Shown: positions 32,128-44,610, counted from the stretch's first letter. The stretch is DNA of 64,000 nt from an uncultured delta proteobacterium (GCA_963847445.1 CAWJZV010000018.1:32001-96000), one strand, 5' to 3'. Made by a program: numbers and translations. The notes: generated by a model from the sequence alone, not told the origin.

Positions 32128-32158
32128 AATCGGCCCCGCGGACTAAAATCCAAAATTA
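32034..32158. repeat. AATCCAA/TTGGATT heptamer inverted repeat
   Basis: ATTTTAGATTTTGAATTTTGGATTTTGGATT ... AATCCAAAATCCAAAAT; related arrays at 35757-35794 and 38978-39009. Confidence 0.75.
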
Positions 32159-32179
32159 TCACCTCATCGCTCCATTCAG

Positions 32180-33311
32180 TTAATTGCGAATGTCCTGCAG
32201 TAGCCACTCGGTCGGAAATTCCCGGCCCAAGCCGCGCTCTTTGATTAGACGATAGGTCGCGCCGCCGACTGAAGCGAACTGAATACCTTGGATCTGATTG
32301 CCGCCGACTCCAAGGATTTCTTCATCATCGCGCCGGCCCGGATTGGCGCCATCGAATCAAGTCTTTGAAGCTGACTACTTTGCGCTTGTCGAAACCGCCC
32401 TCCCGTTCGATCTCCGGTATGCGCGCCAAGTCCTCCGGCTGGCCAGCAACGTAGGCGCGATGATTGCCTGAAATCTTTTGCGCGCGCGACACCGCGGCGC
32501 CAAATGCTTCTCCGGCGCGCGTCGGTGTTGGGCGCGAAAGTGTAAAAAGCGCGAATCCGCTCAGCGCAGGAGCGGTCGAGCTCGACACTGCCTTTCACGG
32601 TGCAAACAAAAGCGCCGGCATCGACGGACGCGGCCAGGAATGACCGGCACCGTAGCATCCGTGCAGGCCGAAACGATCTGCGCGCCGTTGACAGCTGCTT
32701 CAGCGGTTGCGACCGGAACCACTTCGACGCCAAGCCGCTCGGCCAACTTGTCGGCGAAGGCCTGGCGATTTGCCGGCGTCGGGCTATAGACTTGGACTCG
32801 TTTGATCCGCCGGACTTCGGCGAAGGCCAACGCATGGGTCCAGGCCATGCCGCCCGAGCCGATCATGCCGACAGTGTCAGCGGCCGCACTCGACAAATAC
32901 TTGGCCGCGATGCCGGCGGTGGCGCCGACTCGTAGGTGCTGCAAGTAGCCGTCGTTCATGATCGCCAGCGGCTCGCCGTTCTCGGTGCTGAATAGCAGAA
33001 TCAGACCGCAGAACAGTCCTGGCCGTTGGCAATATTTCTCTTGGGTTTTGACGCCACCGCGTTGGTCGACCAGTAGGCGATGTCGGACTTTATCCGGGTG
33101 GCAAATACCCCATAACGCCGGCTCGTTCCTTCCATCGAGCCCCACTGATAATAGCCCTGCGGATCGCCTGACGGCGCCCAGACATCGATCCGCGGCCGGC
33201 AGAGTGGCATCGCCGCGATAATACTCTTTGACTCCCTTCCTCGATGGCATCGAGACAGGTCTTCATGTCGAGCACCTGCTCGATATCCTGGTTACTGATG
33301 AGGAGAGCCAT
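32180..33311 (-). CDS. Ornithine cyclodeaminase/mu-crystallin family protein; multiple frameshifts
   Basis: GEPLAIMNDGYLQHLRVGATAGIA, GMIGSGGMA, VYSPT and C-terminal EWLLQDIRN. Confidence 0.8.
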
Positions 33312-33347
33312 GAGATCACTTGAAACTTTCGGATTCGGAGTTTTTCT

Positions 33348-33486
33348 CCCGCAAAGGCGCAAAGACGCTAAGTGACAGGCCAGAGGCCTGTCAACCCGAG
33401 CGAATGCGAGGGATCTAAGATGGATTTCTCTCTCCGTTCGAAATGACAACGTTCACCCTTTGCGCCTTGGCGCCTTTGCGGGAGAT
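33348..33486. repeat. Composite palindromic element (CGCAAAGGCGC arms flanking a TGTCA...TGACA REP)
   Basis: CCCGCAAAGGCGC / GCGCCTTTGCGGG outer arms; inner TGTCAACCCGAGCG...TCGAAATGACA. Confidence 0.65.
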
Positions 33487-33489
33487 CTC

Positions 33490-35740
33490 CTAATTTCTTC
33501 TTCTGCATCGCCCAGTAAATTTTCTCCGCTGACAAGCGGCAGATCGAACAGCCGCACGCCGCAGGCATCGGCGATGGCATTGGCAATGGCCGCCGCCGTC
33601 GGCACGTTGGGATTCTCGGCGATCGCTTTGCCGCCATAGGGCGTCGGCCCGGTGGGGCTTTCGACCAAGACCGTCTTCAACGGCGGCACGTCGGCGATGC
33701 ACGGCAGCTTCGCTTCGCCCAAGCTCAGGGTCGCGATCTTGCCGTCCACCAGCGGATTCTCTTCCATCAGGCGCAAAGCCAAATCCGGTGACGATACCGC
33801 CTTCGATCTGCCCGGTGAGGGTCAGATGATTGAGCACCGTGCCGGTGTCGTGCGCCGTGGTTAGATTCAAGACCTTGACGCCGCCGGTGGTCGGATCGAC
33901 TTCGACCTCGGCCACTTGAGCGGCGAAGCCGGTGACTTTCGGCATATCCTTCGGAACATAATTGGTCAGGTGAAATACCGGGCCGCCGTTTTCTTTGACG
34001 GCCAGCGCGATCATCTTTTCGGTGGTCGTCGACTTCTTGTTGGGCGCCGTGAGCTTGCCGCCCTGTTGCTCAATCTCCTCGGGCTGGCAACCCAACTCGC
34101 GCGCCGCCAAGGCGACTAACTTGGCGCGCACTTCTTGCGCCGACTGGTTGACCGCGTGGCCGGAAGTGTTGGTTTGTTTGCTGCCGCCGGTGCCCGGATC
34201 GAAGGGCAAGCTGTCGGTGTCTTTGAAAACCACGCCGACTTTTTCCGGCGGCAAGCCGAGCGCCTCGCAAACCATCTGCTGGCTGACCGTGTAATATCCC
34301 GGCCCGACGTCGGGCACGCCGGTGAGAATATTCACTCTTGCCGTCCGCCTCCAGCGTCAACGCCGAGCTCGCTTTGCCTTCCGGCGTGCCGCGATCGTAG
34401 AGCGCCATGCCCCAGCCGCGATTTTTCTTGGCGCCGCCTTTTTTCCAACCGGAGGTCTTGACGATGCGCTCCAGCACTTCGCCCATGAGAATGTGGCTCC
34501 ATTTCTCACCCATGGGATTGGCGTCGCCGTCGTGCAAAATATTCTTGCGGCGCAGCTCCAGGGCGTCGATGCCCATCTCCTTGGCGATGATGTCCATCTG
34601 CGATTCGAAGGCGAACACGACCTGCGGACTGCCCGGCGTGCGCGTCTGGGTGCAAGGCACTTGATTGGTGTACGAACAAAAAGTCTGCACGTCGATGGCC
34701 GGACAGCGGTACATGCTCGCCAAACGCCGCCCGCCAAGCACGGTCACTTGCGGATTGGCCTTCTGCGAACCGTAAGCGCCGCCGCTGAAGTAAATATCGC
34801 CTTTGACCGCCAGCAGCGTGCCGTCGGCGGCGACGCCGGTCTTCACCGTGATCACCGACGGATGGCGATGGCCGCCGATCAGGATTTCCTCGCTGTAGTC
34901 GAGCACCAGTTTTACCGGCTTGCCGCCGACAGCTTTCGATAGGTAATAGGCGATCGGCACGTCGATCAACGACGCCTTGGCGCCGAAATCGCCGCCGACA
35001 TGGACGATGTGAACCTTGATCTTCTCCTGCGGCACGCCGAAGTCTTCGGCCATCTGCTCGCGCAAGCCCCAGGGCCCCTTGTTCGACGCCCACACTTCGA
35101 CCTGGCCATTGGCATGAACCTGCACCGTGCAGGCGCACGGCTCGATGTAGCCATGATGCGACAGCGGCGTGCGAAAGGTGTGTTCGAAAACCCGCGCCGC
35201 CTGAGCGAAACCGGCCTCGACATCGCCGTTCTTCCAGCGCACGTAGGATTGCAGATTATGGCCGGACATTCCTTCCGGCAGCTTCGGCGTGTTCTTATAT
35301 TTATTGCGATCCTCGTGGATCAGCGGCGCGCTCGGCTTCAGCGCTTCCACCGGATCGTCGACGTAGGGCAGCTCTTCATACTCAACGTCGATCAAACCGA
35401 TCGCTTCATCGGCAATCGCCTCGCTGTCGGCCGCCACCGCGGCGATCGCATCCCCTGCCATCCGGACCTTGTCGTAAGCCAACACCGGCTGGTCTTTCAC
35501 CCGCGTGCCGACGAAGATGTCTTTCACGTCCGCGCCGGTGAGCACCGCGCGCACGCCCTTCAACGCCTTGGCCTTCGAAGTGTCGACTTTGACGATGCGC
35601 GCGTGGGCCACCGAAGCGCGCAACACCTTCGCCCACAGCAGCCCTTCAAACGGCAAATCCGCCGCGTACTTGGTCTGCCCGGTTACTTTGCCGTACCCTT
35701 CGATGCGGGGCAGTGTTTTACCAATGGTGCGATAAGCCAC
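33490..35740 (-). CDS. Xanthine/CO dehydrogenase-family large subunit, second paralog; frameshifted, end approximate
   Basis: GGAGG RBS with GTG start; PRIEGYGKVTG, HGYIEP, VGGDFGAK, RTPGSPQ and KAIAENPNVP. Confidence 0.88.
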
Positions 35741-35887
35741 ATGACCTCCCAGTTCTATTTTGGATTTTAGATTGCCGATTTTGGATTGCCGGATCAAGAA
35801 TCGGAAACCTACTTCGAAGACATCAACTGTCGATACGTCTTACTCCCAATCTGAAATCCTACAATGCCTATTGTCTCATGCCTCTGC

Positions 35888-36884
35888 CTACTTAATCACC
35901 CGATTCGCCCGCGAGAGAAACTCCGGCGAGAGTGTCAGTCCGATCTGTTTCGCCGCCTTCAAGTTGATGACAAACTCAAACTTCGTCGCCTGCTGCACCG
36001 GCAGATCAGCCGGCTTGGCGCCTTTCAAGATCTTGTCCACGTAAACAGCCGCGCGCCGATAGAGGTCAGTCGTAGTCCGCCCCATAGGACATGAGACCGC
36101 CCTCATCGACAAACTCCTTCTGGAAGTAAATAGCCGGCAACCGGTATTTGCCGGCAAGCTCGACGATCCGCTTTCTTTCGGCGAAAAAGGGGCGAGTGGC
36201 GGTCGTCATAATCGCGCCCACCTGCTTCTGCTTTGCGGTTTGAAAGGCGCTCTCTAAACCTTTGGCGTCGAGTTGAGTCTCGATCTCTTCCAATTTTAGC
36301 TTCAGTGCCAGAGCCGCAGGCCTGAGCTCTTTCAGTTGGAGGTCTGATCCTACGCCGCCTCCCGGCGGCCGCAGAAGTCCAACTCGGGCGAGCTTGGGGA
36401 CCGCGTCCTTGAGTATCTCTAGCCTTTTGGTATTTAGCTCGGTCGCTAAACTCGAGAGCCCGGTGACATTGCCTCCCGGCCGCGCCAGACTGGCAACCAA
36501 ACCTGCACCCACGGGGTCCCCAGCGGTCGCCATCACGATGGGGATGGTAGTAGTCGCTTTCTTCGCCGCCAACGCCGATGGCGTCCCTGCGACCACGATC
36601 AGATCAACCTTAAGACGAACCAGGTCCGCCGCAAGCTCAGGTAGGCGCTCAGGCTTTTGCTCGGCAAATCGGTACTCGATGGTGATATTCTTTCCCTCAA
36701 TCCATCCAAGCTTGCTCAGCTCTTGCCGGAACGCCTCCACGAGGACCGCGCTACCGGAAGCAGTGCTTGCATCCAGGAAACCGATGCGGAAGATTTTCCC
36801 TGGCTGCTGCGCGTGAGCGGCGGACGCAGTAAGCGCAAGGAGCAAAGCGCCAGAGCGCTGAAGACAATAGATTTTTTTCATCAT
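35888..36884 (-). CDS. ABC_sub_bind-family (PF04392-like) substrate-binding protein, copy A; frameshifted
   Basis: IEGKNITIEYR, LVRLKVDLIV, SLARPGGNVTG and GAKPADLPVQQ..KFEFVINLKAAKQIGL. Confidence 0.88.
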
Positions 36885-36948
36885 GAGATTTTCTCCCGCT
36901 GTCTTCTGACTGACTGCTGATCTCTGACTTCTGATCTCTGGCAGACTG

Positions 36949-37940
36949 TCACTTGATCACCCTATTCGCCCGCGCGAGCACCTCCGGCGGGAATCGTCAG
37001 TCCGATCTGCTTCGCCGCTTTCAAGTTGATGACGAACTCAAACTTCGTCGCCTGCTGCACCGGCAGATCAGCCGGCTTGGCGCCTTTCAAGATCTTGTCC
37101 ACGTAAACCGCGGCGCGCCGATAGAGGTCATCGAAGTCCGCCCCATAGGACATGAGGCCGCCGTCATCGACAAACTCCTTCTGAAAGTAAATAGCTGGCA
37201 ACCGGTATTTGCCGGCAAGCTCGACGATCCGCTTTCTTTCGGCGAAAAAGGGGCGAGTGGTGGTCGTCATAATCGCGCCCACCTGCTTCTGCTTCGCGGT
37301 TTGAAAGGCGCTCTCTAAACCTTTGGCGTCGGGTTGAGTCTCGATCTCCTCCAATTTCAGCTTCAGCGCCACAGCCGCAGGCCTGAGCTCTTTCAGTTGG
37401 AGGTCCCAGGATATGCTATGTCCCGACGGCCGCAGAAGTCCAACTCGGGCGAGCTTGGGGACCGCGTCCTTGAGGATCTCTAGCCTTTTGGTGTTTAGCT
37501 CGGGCGCTAAACTCGAGAGCCCGGTGACATTGCCTCCCGGCCGCGCCAAGACTGGCAACCAAACCTGCACCCACGGGGTCCCCAGCGTTCGCCATCACGA
37601 TGGGGATGGTAGTAGTCGCTTTCTTCGCCGCTAACGCCGACGGCGTCCCTGCGACCACGATCAGATCAACCTTAAGACGAACCAACTCCGCCGCAAGCTC
37701 AGGCAGGCGCTCAGTCTTTTGCTCGGCAAAACGGTACTCGATGGTGATATTCTTTCCCTCGATCCATCCAAGCTTGCGCAGCTCTTGCCGGAACGCATCC
37801 AAGAGGACCGCGATACCAGAAGCAGTGCTTGAATCCAGGAAACCTATGCGGAAGATTTTCCCCGGCTGCTGCGCGTCGGCAACGGGGACAATAATCGGAA
37901 AGACAATTGCCAGTAGCCAGAAGAGAACGGATTTCATCAT
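36949..37940 (-). CDS. ABC_sub_bind-family substrate-binding protein, copy B; frameshifted
   Basis: Same motifs; DNA nearly identical to copy A outside the signal peptide. Confidence 0.88.
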
Positions 37941-37992
37941 GGACTTGTCTCCGATGTTCTTACCGACACCGAACACTGACTGCTGGCCACGC

Positions 37993-39045
37993 TCACTTGA
38001 TTACTCTGTCTGCTCGGACCAGCACATTCGGCGGGATCGTCAGGCCGATTTGCTTCGCCGCTTTCAGATTGACGACGAACTCAAACTTCATCGGTTGCTC
38101 GACTGGGAGATCGGCGGGCTTGGCGCCTTTCAAAATCTTGTCGACGAAAACGGCGGCGCGGCGTAGTAAGTCGTTCTGGTTCACGCCGTAGCTCATCAGC
38201 CCGCCATCTTCGACAAAGTTGCTTTGCGGATAAGAAGCCGGGAGACGGCTCTTTACCGCGTGTTGGGCAAGCTGGGTTCGCCTGAGTACTAATCACCGGA
38301 CCCCGCAGTACAAAAACAGCTTCAGCCCGAGCCTTAGTAGCCTCTTGGAACGCGACTCCGATATCCTTGGCGCTTAAAATGTCTAGGAATTGAAGCTGCA
38401 TTCTGAACGCCCCCGCGGCGCGTTCGGTCTCTCTCAACTGGATGCCGTTACCGGCGTTGGCTGAATTCCCAAATACCGCCAAACGGGAGAGCTTCGGCAC
38501 AATCTCTTTGAGCAGCTCTAGCCGCTTTCCCGATAAGTCCGCTACCATCGAGGACAACCCAGTGATATTCCCTCCCGGTCGCGCAAGGCTTGTCACGAAG
38601 CCGTTTCCGATGGGATCAGGATCCTGAAAAACACTATGGGGATCGTGGTGGTTGCTTCCTTGGCGGCCCGGGTATTTGTCGCACCTCCCGTAACGATCAC
38701 GTCTACCTTGAGACGCACAAGTTCGGCAGCGCGGCCAGCCTCATTTTTCTCCGCGCTTGGGGATTCAATGACGAAATTTGTTCCCTCGACGTAGCCGAGT
38801 TCGCGCAGGCCTTGTCGGAATGCGCTTAAGCTGGCCGAGTTGGCGGAAGGGTTGCTGATGCTAAAGTAGCCTATCCGGTGGACTTTCTTCGGCTGCTGAG
38901 ACTCAACCCCATCGGCCAATCCTACGAAGGCAATAACGAGGGCAGCAAGCTCCACCCATTTAGATCTGCGGCGCCGCTTTTGGATTTTCGATTGCCGATT
39001 GTCGGATTGAGAACCCAGAAACGGATTTAGCGATTTTTTGTCCAT
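37993..39045 (-). CDS. ABC_sub_bind-family substrate-binding protein, copy C (divergent); frameshifted
   Basis: LRELGYVEG, SLARPGGNITG, KRLELLKE and ADLPVEQPMKFE. Confidence 0.85.
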
Positions 39046-39086
39046 GTGCTTTTTCGTCGATTGCCTATTGCCTAGTGCTCCGTCGC

Positions 39087-40080
39087 CTACTTAATCACTC
39101 GATTCGCCCGCGAGAGAAACTCCGGCGAAAGTGTCAGTCCGATCTGTTTCGCCGCCTTCAAGTTGATGACAAACTCAAACTTCGTCGCCTGCTGCACCGG
39201 CAAATCAGCCGGTTTGGCGCCTTTCAAGATCTTGTCCACGTAAACAGCCGCGCGCCGATAGAGGTCAGTCGTAGTCCGCCCCGTAGGACATGAGACCGCC
39301 CTCATCGACAAACTCCTTCTGGAAGTAAATAGCCGGCAACCGGTATTTGCCGGCAAGCTCGACGATCCGCTTTCTTTCGGCGAAAAAGCGGCGAGTGGCG
39401 GTCGTCATAATCGCGCCCACCTGCTTCTGCTTTGCGGTTTGAAAGGCGCTCTCTAAACCTTTGGCGTCGAGTTGAGTCTCGATCTCCTCCAATTTGAGCT
39501 TCAGTGCCACAGCCGCAGGCCTGAGCTCTTTCAGTTGGAGGTCTGCTCCTGCGCCGCTCCCGGCGGCCGCAGAAGTCCAACTCGGGCGAGCTTGGGGACC
39601 GCGTCCTTGAGTATCTCTAGCCTTTTGGTATTTAGCTCGACCGCTAAACTCGAGAACCCGGTGACATTGCCTCCCGGCCGCGCCAGACTGGCAACCAAAC
39701 CTGCACCCACGGGGTCCCCAACGTTCGTCATCACGATGGGGATGGTAGTAGTCGCTTTCTTCGCCGCCAACGCCGGTGGTGCCCCTGTGACCACGATCAG
39801 ATCAACCTTAAGACGAACCAGGTCCGCCGCAAGCTCAGGTAGCGCGCTCAGGCTTTTGCTCGGCAAATCGGTACTCGATGGTGATATTCTTTCCCTCAAT
39901 CCAGCCAAGCTTGCTCAGCTCTTGCCGGAACGCCTCCACGAGGACCGCGCTACCGGAAGCAGTGCTTCCATCCAGGAAACCTATGCGGAAGATTTTCTCC
40001 GCCTGCTGCGCGTGAGCTAGTTGGACAACCGCCAGAAGCAAGGCTGTAAAGTACAGAAGAGAAGAATATTTATTTCTCAC
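39087..40080 (-). CDS. ABC_sub_bind-family substrate-binding protein, copy D; frameshifted
   Basis: DNA nearly identical to copy A from the mature N-terminus to the stop codon. Confidence 0.88.
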
Positions 40081-40189
40081 TGGTTTTCCCTCGACCTGGT
40101 CCGGTGCAATTTTGCTAACTTCGTACAAGTCGAGATCTACGGAACTGCGAGTGCTCGATCGAAGTTCGGGATGACAGCCGTCTTTGTTG

Positions 40190-41376
40190 TCATTCCGCGG
40201 CACCGCCGAGGAATCTCGCATCGAGATATTCGTCATCGTCAAATCGAATCGAGTTGACCGGCGCTAAGCTCAGTCCATACAGCTCCGCGCAATTGTCCCA
40301 GAGAATTTTCTTCTGGCTCTCTTTCGAGACGTTTTTCATTTCGAGAAACTCTTCGACAGCCTCCGGGAAATCCGAATCGCCGTGGGGATAATCGGTCGAG
40401 AAAACGATTTTATCGTCACCGATCAGATCGATGATCATCGGCAGTTCTTTTTCATGTTCGGTGGAGATCCAGCACTGGCGCTGGAAGTATTCGCTGGGCT
40501 TCAACTTGCCGGCAGTCGGGAAACGCCCCTTCGCCATGGCATTGTCCATGCGGTGAAGTAAAAAAGACACCCAGCCGCAGTAGCATTCAAGAAAGGCCAA
40601 TTTCAGTTTCGGATGGCGCTCGCAGACGCCGCCGCCGATGGTGTCGACCATCGCCACCATGTTTTCCAACGGATGCGACACGACATGGCGCAGCAGCAAA
40701 TTGTCGCCGAAGCGATCGCCGATCTGCGCCACTTCACCGGCCGCGGTCGCCGAGTGAAAACCGATGGGCACACCGAGTTCTTCCAAGGCCGACCACACGG
40801 AATCGAAGTAGCGCGAGTGCCAGGGCAGATTGCGCATCGGCTCCGGCCGCGCGAAGACGCCGACAAAGCCCAGCTTGCCGACGGCGCGCTGGGCTTCCTT
40901 CACCGCCTCGTTGGGATCTTGCAGCGGCAGCATGCCGACGCCTTTCAACCGCTTGGGATCGGTCTGGCAGAAATCGTAAAGCCAATTGTTATAGGCCCGC
41001 GCGATGGCCGCGGCCAGCTTTGGATCCATTTCGTCGCGCATCATGATGCCCAGGCCGATGGATGGATACAGCGCCGCGACATCGAGTCCTTCGCGGTCCA
41101 TGGCTTGAAGCTGGCTCTTGGCATCGAAACCGTTGGCCCGGTAGTCTTTGATCTCCTCGTCGATGCGCGTGGCGTCGAAGATGCCGCCGCGGTAAGCCGG
41201 CTTGTAACCCTGCAAGTATCTTGCCCTCGATCATCACCATCGCCGAGCTGCGCGCCGTCGAGCTTAAAATCTTCGGCGCCCGCTCGCGCCACTCCGGCTC
41301 CATGTACTTGTCCCACAGATTCCGCCGGCTCGCGCAGGTGCATGTCGGAATCGAGAATCTTAAAACCATCTTTCAT
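40190..41376 (-). CDS. Amidohydrolase family protein; frameshifted near the N-terminus
   Basis: DSDMH, GLDVAALYPS, IGFHS and FSTDYPHGD; paralog of 22027-23157. Confidence 0.88.
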
Positions 41377-41696
41377 GTGATCGCTCCCGTAAATTTTTGT
41401 TTCAGGAGTATCACGAGGCGGTAGCGGGATGCCAACTATGCGGGAAGCCAGATCATGTTGAGGTGCGCGGATCGTCGTAGAGGCAGGTCTAAAACCTACC
41501 CTTGCCGAGGCGGGTAAACCGAGGGCGAAACTAAAGTCCGTTGGCTCTATTCCAAAGGGCGCTGAATTCGTGGACTAAAGATCGACTCTTAATTCAGTCA
41601 TTCCGAATTGACCGTGACCCCGGTGAAAACCGGGCGTCCATCCCGATCCCCTTGAACCTGGATACCGTTTTCCAACGGTATGACGGACGCGGTCCG

Positions 41697-42629
41697 TCAC
41701 ATCAGCTCACGAATCAACGACTGTGCCACTGCCGGCGCGATTCCCAGTCGCCGCCGCGCCATCGGGCCGCCTTCGTCGAGCACCGGCTCCAGCTGATCCA
41801 AGGCGGGCAGGTCGTCGCGTTTCCAGAATAGACCTATGGCGATCTCATCGCCCCATTCGTAACCATACTTCATGGCGGCGGCGAAGTCGGTCGGATCATG
41901 CTTCTTATCCTCCAACTTGAAGGTCCGCTGTTTAAAAAAGTCATGATCGTTTTCGAGATTGAAGGTCACGCAGGGACTGAACGCGTCGATCAGCGAGAAG
42001 CCGCGGTGTTGAATGCCGCCCTTGATGAGCTCGACCATATGTTTCACCTGCCCGGTGTACGCCCTGGCGACATAGGTCGCGCCGGCGGCGATCGCCAGCG
42101 GGATCGGATTGATCGGATTCTCCACGCTGCCCGCCGGCGTGCTCTTGGTTTTCATTCCCTTGGTGCTGGTTGGCGAGATCTGGCCGGTCGTCAGCCCATA
42201 AACCTGATTGTTCATCACGATATAAGTGAGATCGACGTTGCGCCGCATCGAGTGCACGAAATGGTTGCCGCCGATGCCGTAGCCGTCGCCGTCGCCGCCG
42301 GTGACGATGATCTTGAGTTCATGATTGGCCATCTGCGCGCCGGTGGCGACTGACAGCGCGCGGCCGTGCAAAGTATGCATGCCGTAGGTGCTGATATAGC
42401 CGGGCAGATTCGATGAGCAGCCGATGCCGCTGATCACCATCGCCTGGTGCGGACGAATACCCAGCTCCGCGAGCGCCTGCTTCAACGCGACCAGCACGCC
42501 AAAGTCGCCGCAGCCCGGGCACCAATCCGGTTCGGCCTTGCCTTTGAAATCCTTGACCGTCAACGGCAAGTTCGCCCGCGGCGGCACAGCAGCCTTAGAT
42601 TCAAGTTCGACCGTAGATAATGTCATCAT
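41697..42629 (-). CDS. korB: 2-oxoacid:ferredoxin oxidoreductase beta subunit
   Basis: WCPGCGDF, SGIGCS, LHGR, GDGD, NNQVYGLTTGQ.SPT and SPCVTF. Substrate specificity is not determined. Confidence 0.9.
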   Translation of the reverse strand: MMTLSTVELESKAAVPPRANLPLTVKDFKGKAEPDWCPGCGDFGVLVALKQALAELGIRPHQAMVISGIGCSSNLPGYISTYGMHTLHGRALSVATGAQMANHELKIIVTGGDGDGYGIGGNHFVHSMRRNVDLTYIVMNNQVYGLTTGQISPTSTKGMKTKSTPAGSVENPINPIPLAIAAGATYVARAYTGQVKHMVELIKGGIQHRGFSLIDAFSPCVTFNLENDHDFFKQRTFKLEDKKHDPTDFAAAMKYGYEWGDEIAIGLFWKRDDLPALDQLEPVLDEGGPMARRRLGIAPAVAQSLIRELM

Positions 42630-42687
42630 TCGCTCCTTTATCTTGTTGGTCCTTCAAGCGTTCCCGTGAAGCGCGGATCGGAAAGTG

Positions 42688-42773
42688 CACCGCCGAGGCG
42701 CGGAGTACGCGGAGTCAAGAGATTTTGAATCAGGAATTTTCCGAACTCTGCGAACTCTGTGCCTCTGCGGTGA
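42688..42773. repeat. Palindromic dispersed element; second copy at 45016-45101
   Basis: CACCGCCGAGGCGCGGAG ... CCGAACTCTG(C/T)GAACTCTGTGCCTCTG(C/T)GGTGA is shared by both copies. Confidence 0.8.
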
Positions 42774-42815
42774 ATCCTTCTTCACATGATACACGAGACT
42801 CGAAACATTCGTTCG

Positions 42816-44610
42816 TCAAACCATAATTTCATGCACCGGCACATATTGCTTCGTTGCTGCCGGCCAAAATCGCTTTCACACCATCGACGATATGATGCGG
42901 CATGAACGGTTCGCCGTCATATTTGCGAATATGACCGTCGGCGACGATGCCGGTCTCCGACCGTAAATAACGCGCGAACTGGCCGCTATAGTTGTTCTCG
43001 ACGATGATGGTTTTCTTGCTCTTTGCCAGAGTCGAAACGATCGCTTCGCCGTGCAGCGGCACGAGCCATTTGATCTGGAGCAAGATTAGCGGCGATGCCT
43101 TCCTCGTCGGCCAGCTTCTGGATCGCCTCTTGGACGACCCCTTCGGTGGAGCCCCACCCGACCAGCGTGACTTGCGCGTCAGCGGCGCCCCAGAGCTTGG
43201 GCGCGTCGAGCAGCGGCAAAATCGAATCCATCTTGCGCATGCGTTTCTCATGCATCGCCTGGCGCTTGTGCGGGTTGGTGTACTCGTCGCTGATCAACAC
43301 GCCGTCTTCATCGTGATCGTCGGTGGCGACCACATGTTCGAAACCCAGCGTGCCCGGCAGCGCGCGCGGCGAGATGCCGCTGTCGTTGATCTCATAGCGC
43401 TTGTAGCCGCCGTTGAGCGGCGGCGTGGCGCCGTTGAGGCCGATCACCTCGCCGCGTTCGATGGGCACGTTGAAGTCCAGCTCCGCCGGATCGACGCTCG
43501 ATCGGCCTTCGGAGAGCAGTAAATCTGAAAGAATGATGCCGGGACACTGAAACTTGTCGACCAGGTTGAACAGTTGCGGCACCGTATTGAAAACAATCCG
43601 GGATCGTCGTCGGCGCGACGATGATGCGCGGATAGTCGCCCTGCCCCGCGCCCATCGCCTGCCACAGATCGCCTTGTTCGGTTTTCGTCGGCACGCCGGT
43701 GGCCGGCCCGGCGCGCTGCACGTTGATACAGACCACGGGAATTTCCATCATCGCCGCGGCGCCCAGTCCCTCGGTCATCAAAGCGAATCCGCCGCCGGAG
43801 GTCGCGCACATGGCGCGGCAGCCGGCGTGGGCCGCGCCGATGGCCATATTGATGACGCCGATCTCGTCCTCCACTTGGCGCACCATGATGTCCAATTGGC
43901 GCGCGTGGCGCGCCATCCAGTGGAGCACGCCGGACGACGGGCTCATCGGATAGGCGCAGTAAAAGCGCACTCCCGCCGCCGCGCCGCCCATGGCCAACGC
44001 CTGGTTGCCTTCGAAGAACGCCAGTTTTTTGCCGGTATCCGGCAGCGTGACCGGCAAGCGCTTTGAACTGCGCCGCCGCGTAATCGTAACCGGCGCGCGC
44101 CACGCCGACGTTCTCGGCGATCACCGCGTCGCCTTTCCGTTTGAACTGCAAGCTGAGTATCTCTTCGAGAATTTTGAATTCGACGCCGATCAGCCGCAGC
44201 ACTGCGGCCAAGGCAATCGTATTCTGCACCAAGTCGCCTCGGACCGCCGGCGCCAGTTCCTTCACCGAGAAGCCGCAAAGCTGAACCCCGGCCGCGGCGC
44301 CGTCAGGTTTGATCTTGTCCTTGTTGTAAAGCACGGAAGAGCCCGGCGTCATCAAGCCGAGATGGCGATTCATGGTATCTTGATTGAGCGCGATTAAAAC
44401 ATCGAGCTTGTCGCCGAAGCTCAGCACCGGCGCGTCGCTGGTGCGCAAGGTGAGAAATATATGACCGCCGCGCACGATCGACTGATAAGCATTGTAGGCG
44501 TTTAGATGCAGCCCGCGGCGCACGAAGATGCGCGCCAGGATATCGCCGGGCGTGGCGATGCCCTGGCCGGCTGCGCCGCCGATTGCGATGGAAAGATCGA
44601 CTTTCGCCAT
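42816..44610 (-). CDS. korA: 2-oxoacid:ferredoxin oxidoreductase alpha subunit; frameshifted
   Basis: GGAAGQGI, GNQALAMG, YPMSPSS, EDEIG, TSGGGFALM, QRAGPATGVPTKTEQ and VENNYSGQ. Confidence 0.9.

Noticed and set aside
36060-36075. TGA after SYGADYD in ABC_sub_bind copies A and D (also 39265) as possible Sec
   Set aside because: Homology continues in a different frame (DLYRRAA), and copy B reads DFDDLY. This is an indel, not read-through.
35888-40080. Diversity-generating retroelement behind the binding-protein variation
   Set aside because: No reverse transcriptase or template repeat is in the window, and the differences are spread over several windows rather than confined to adenines in one C-terminal region.
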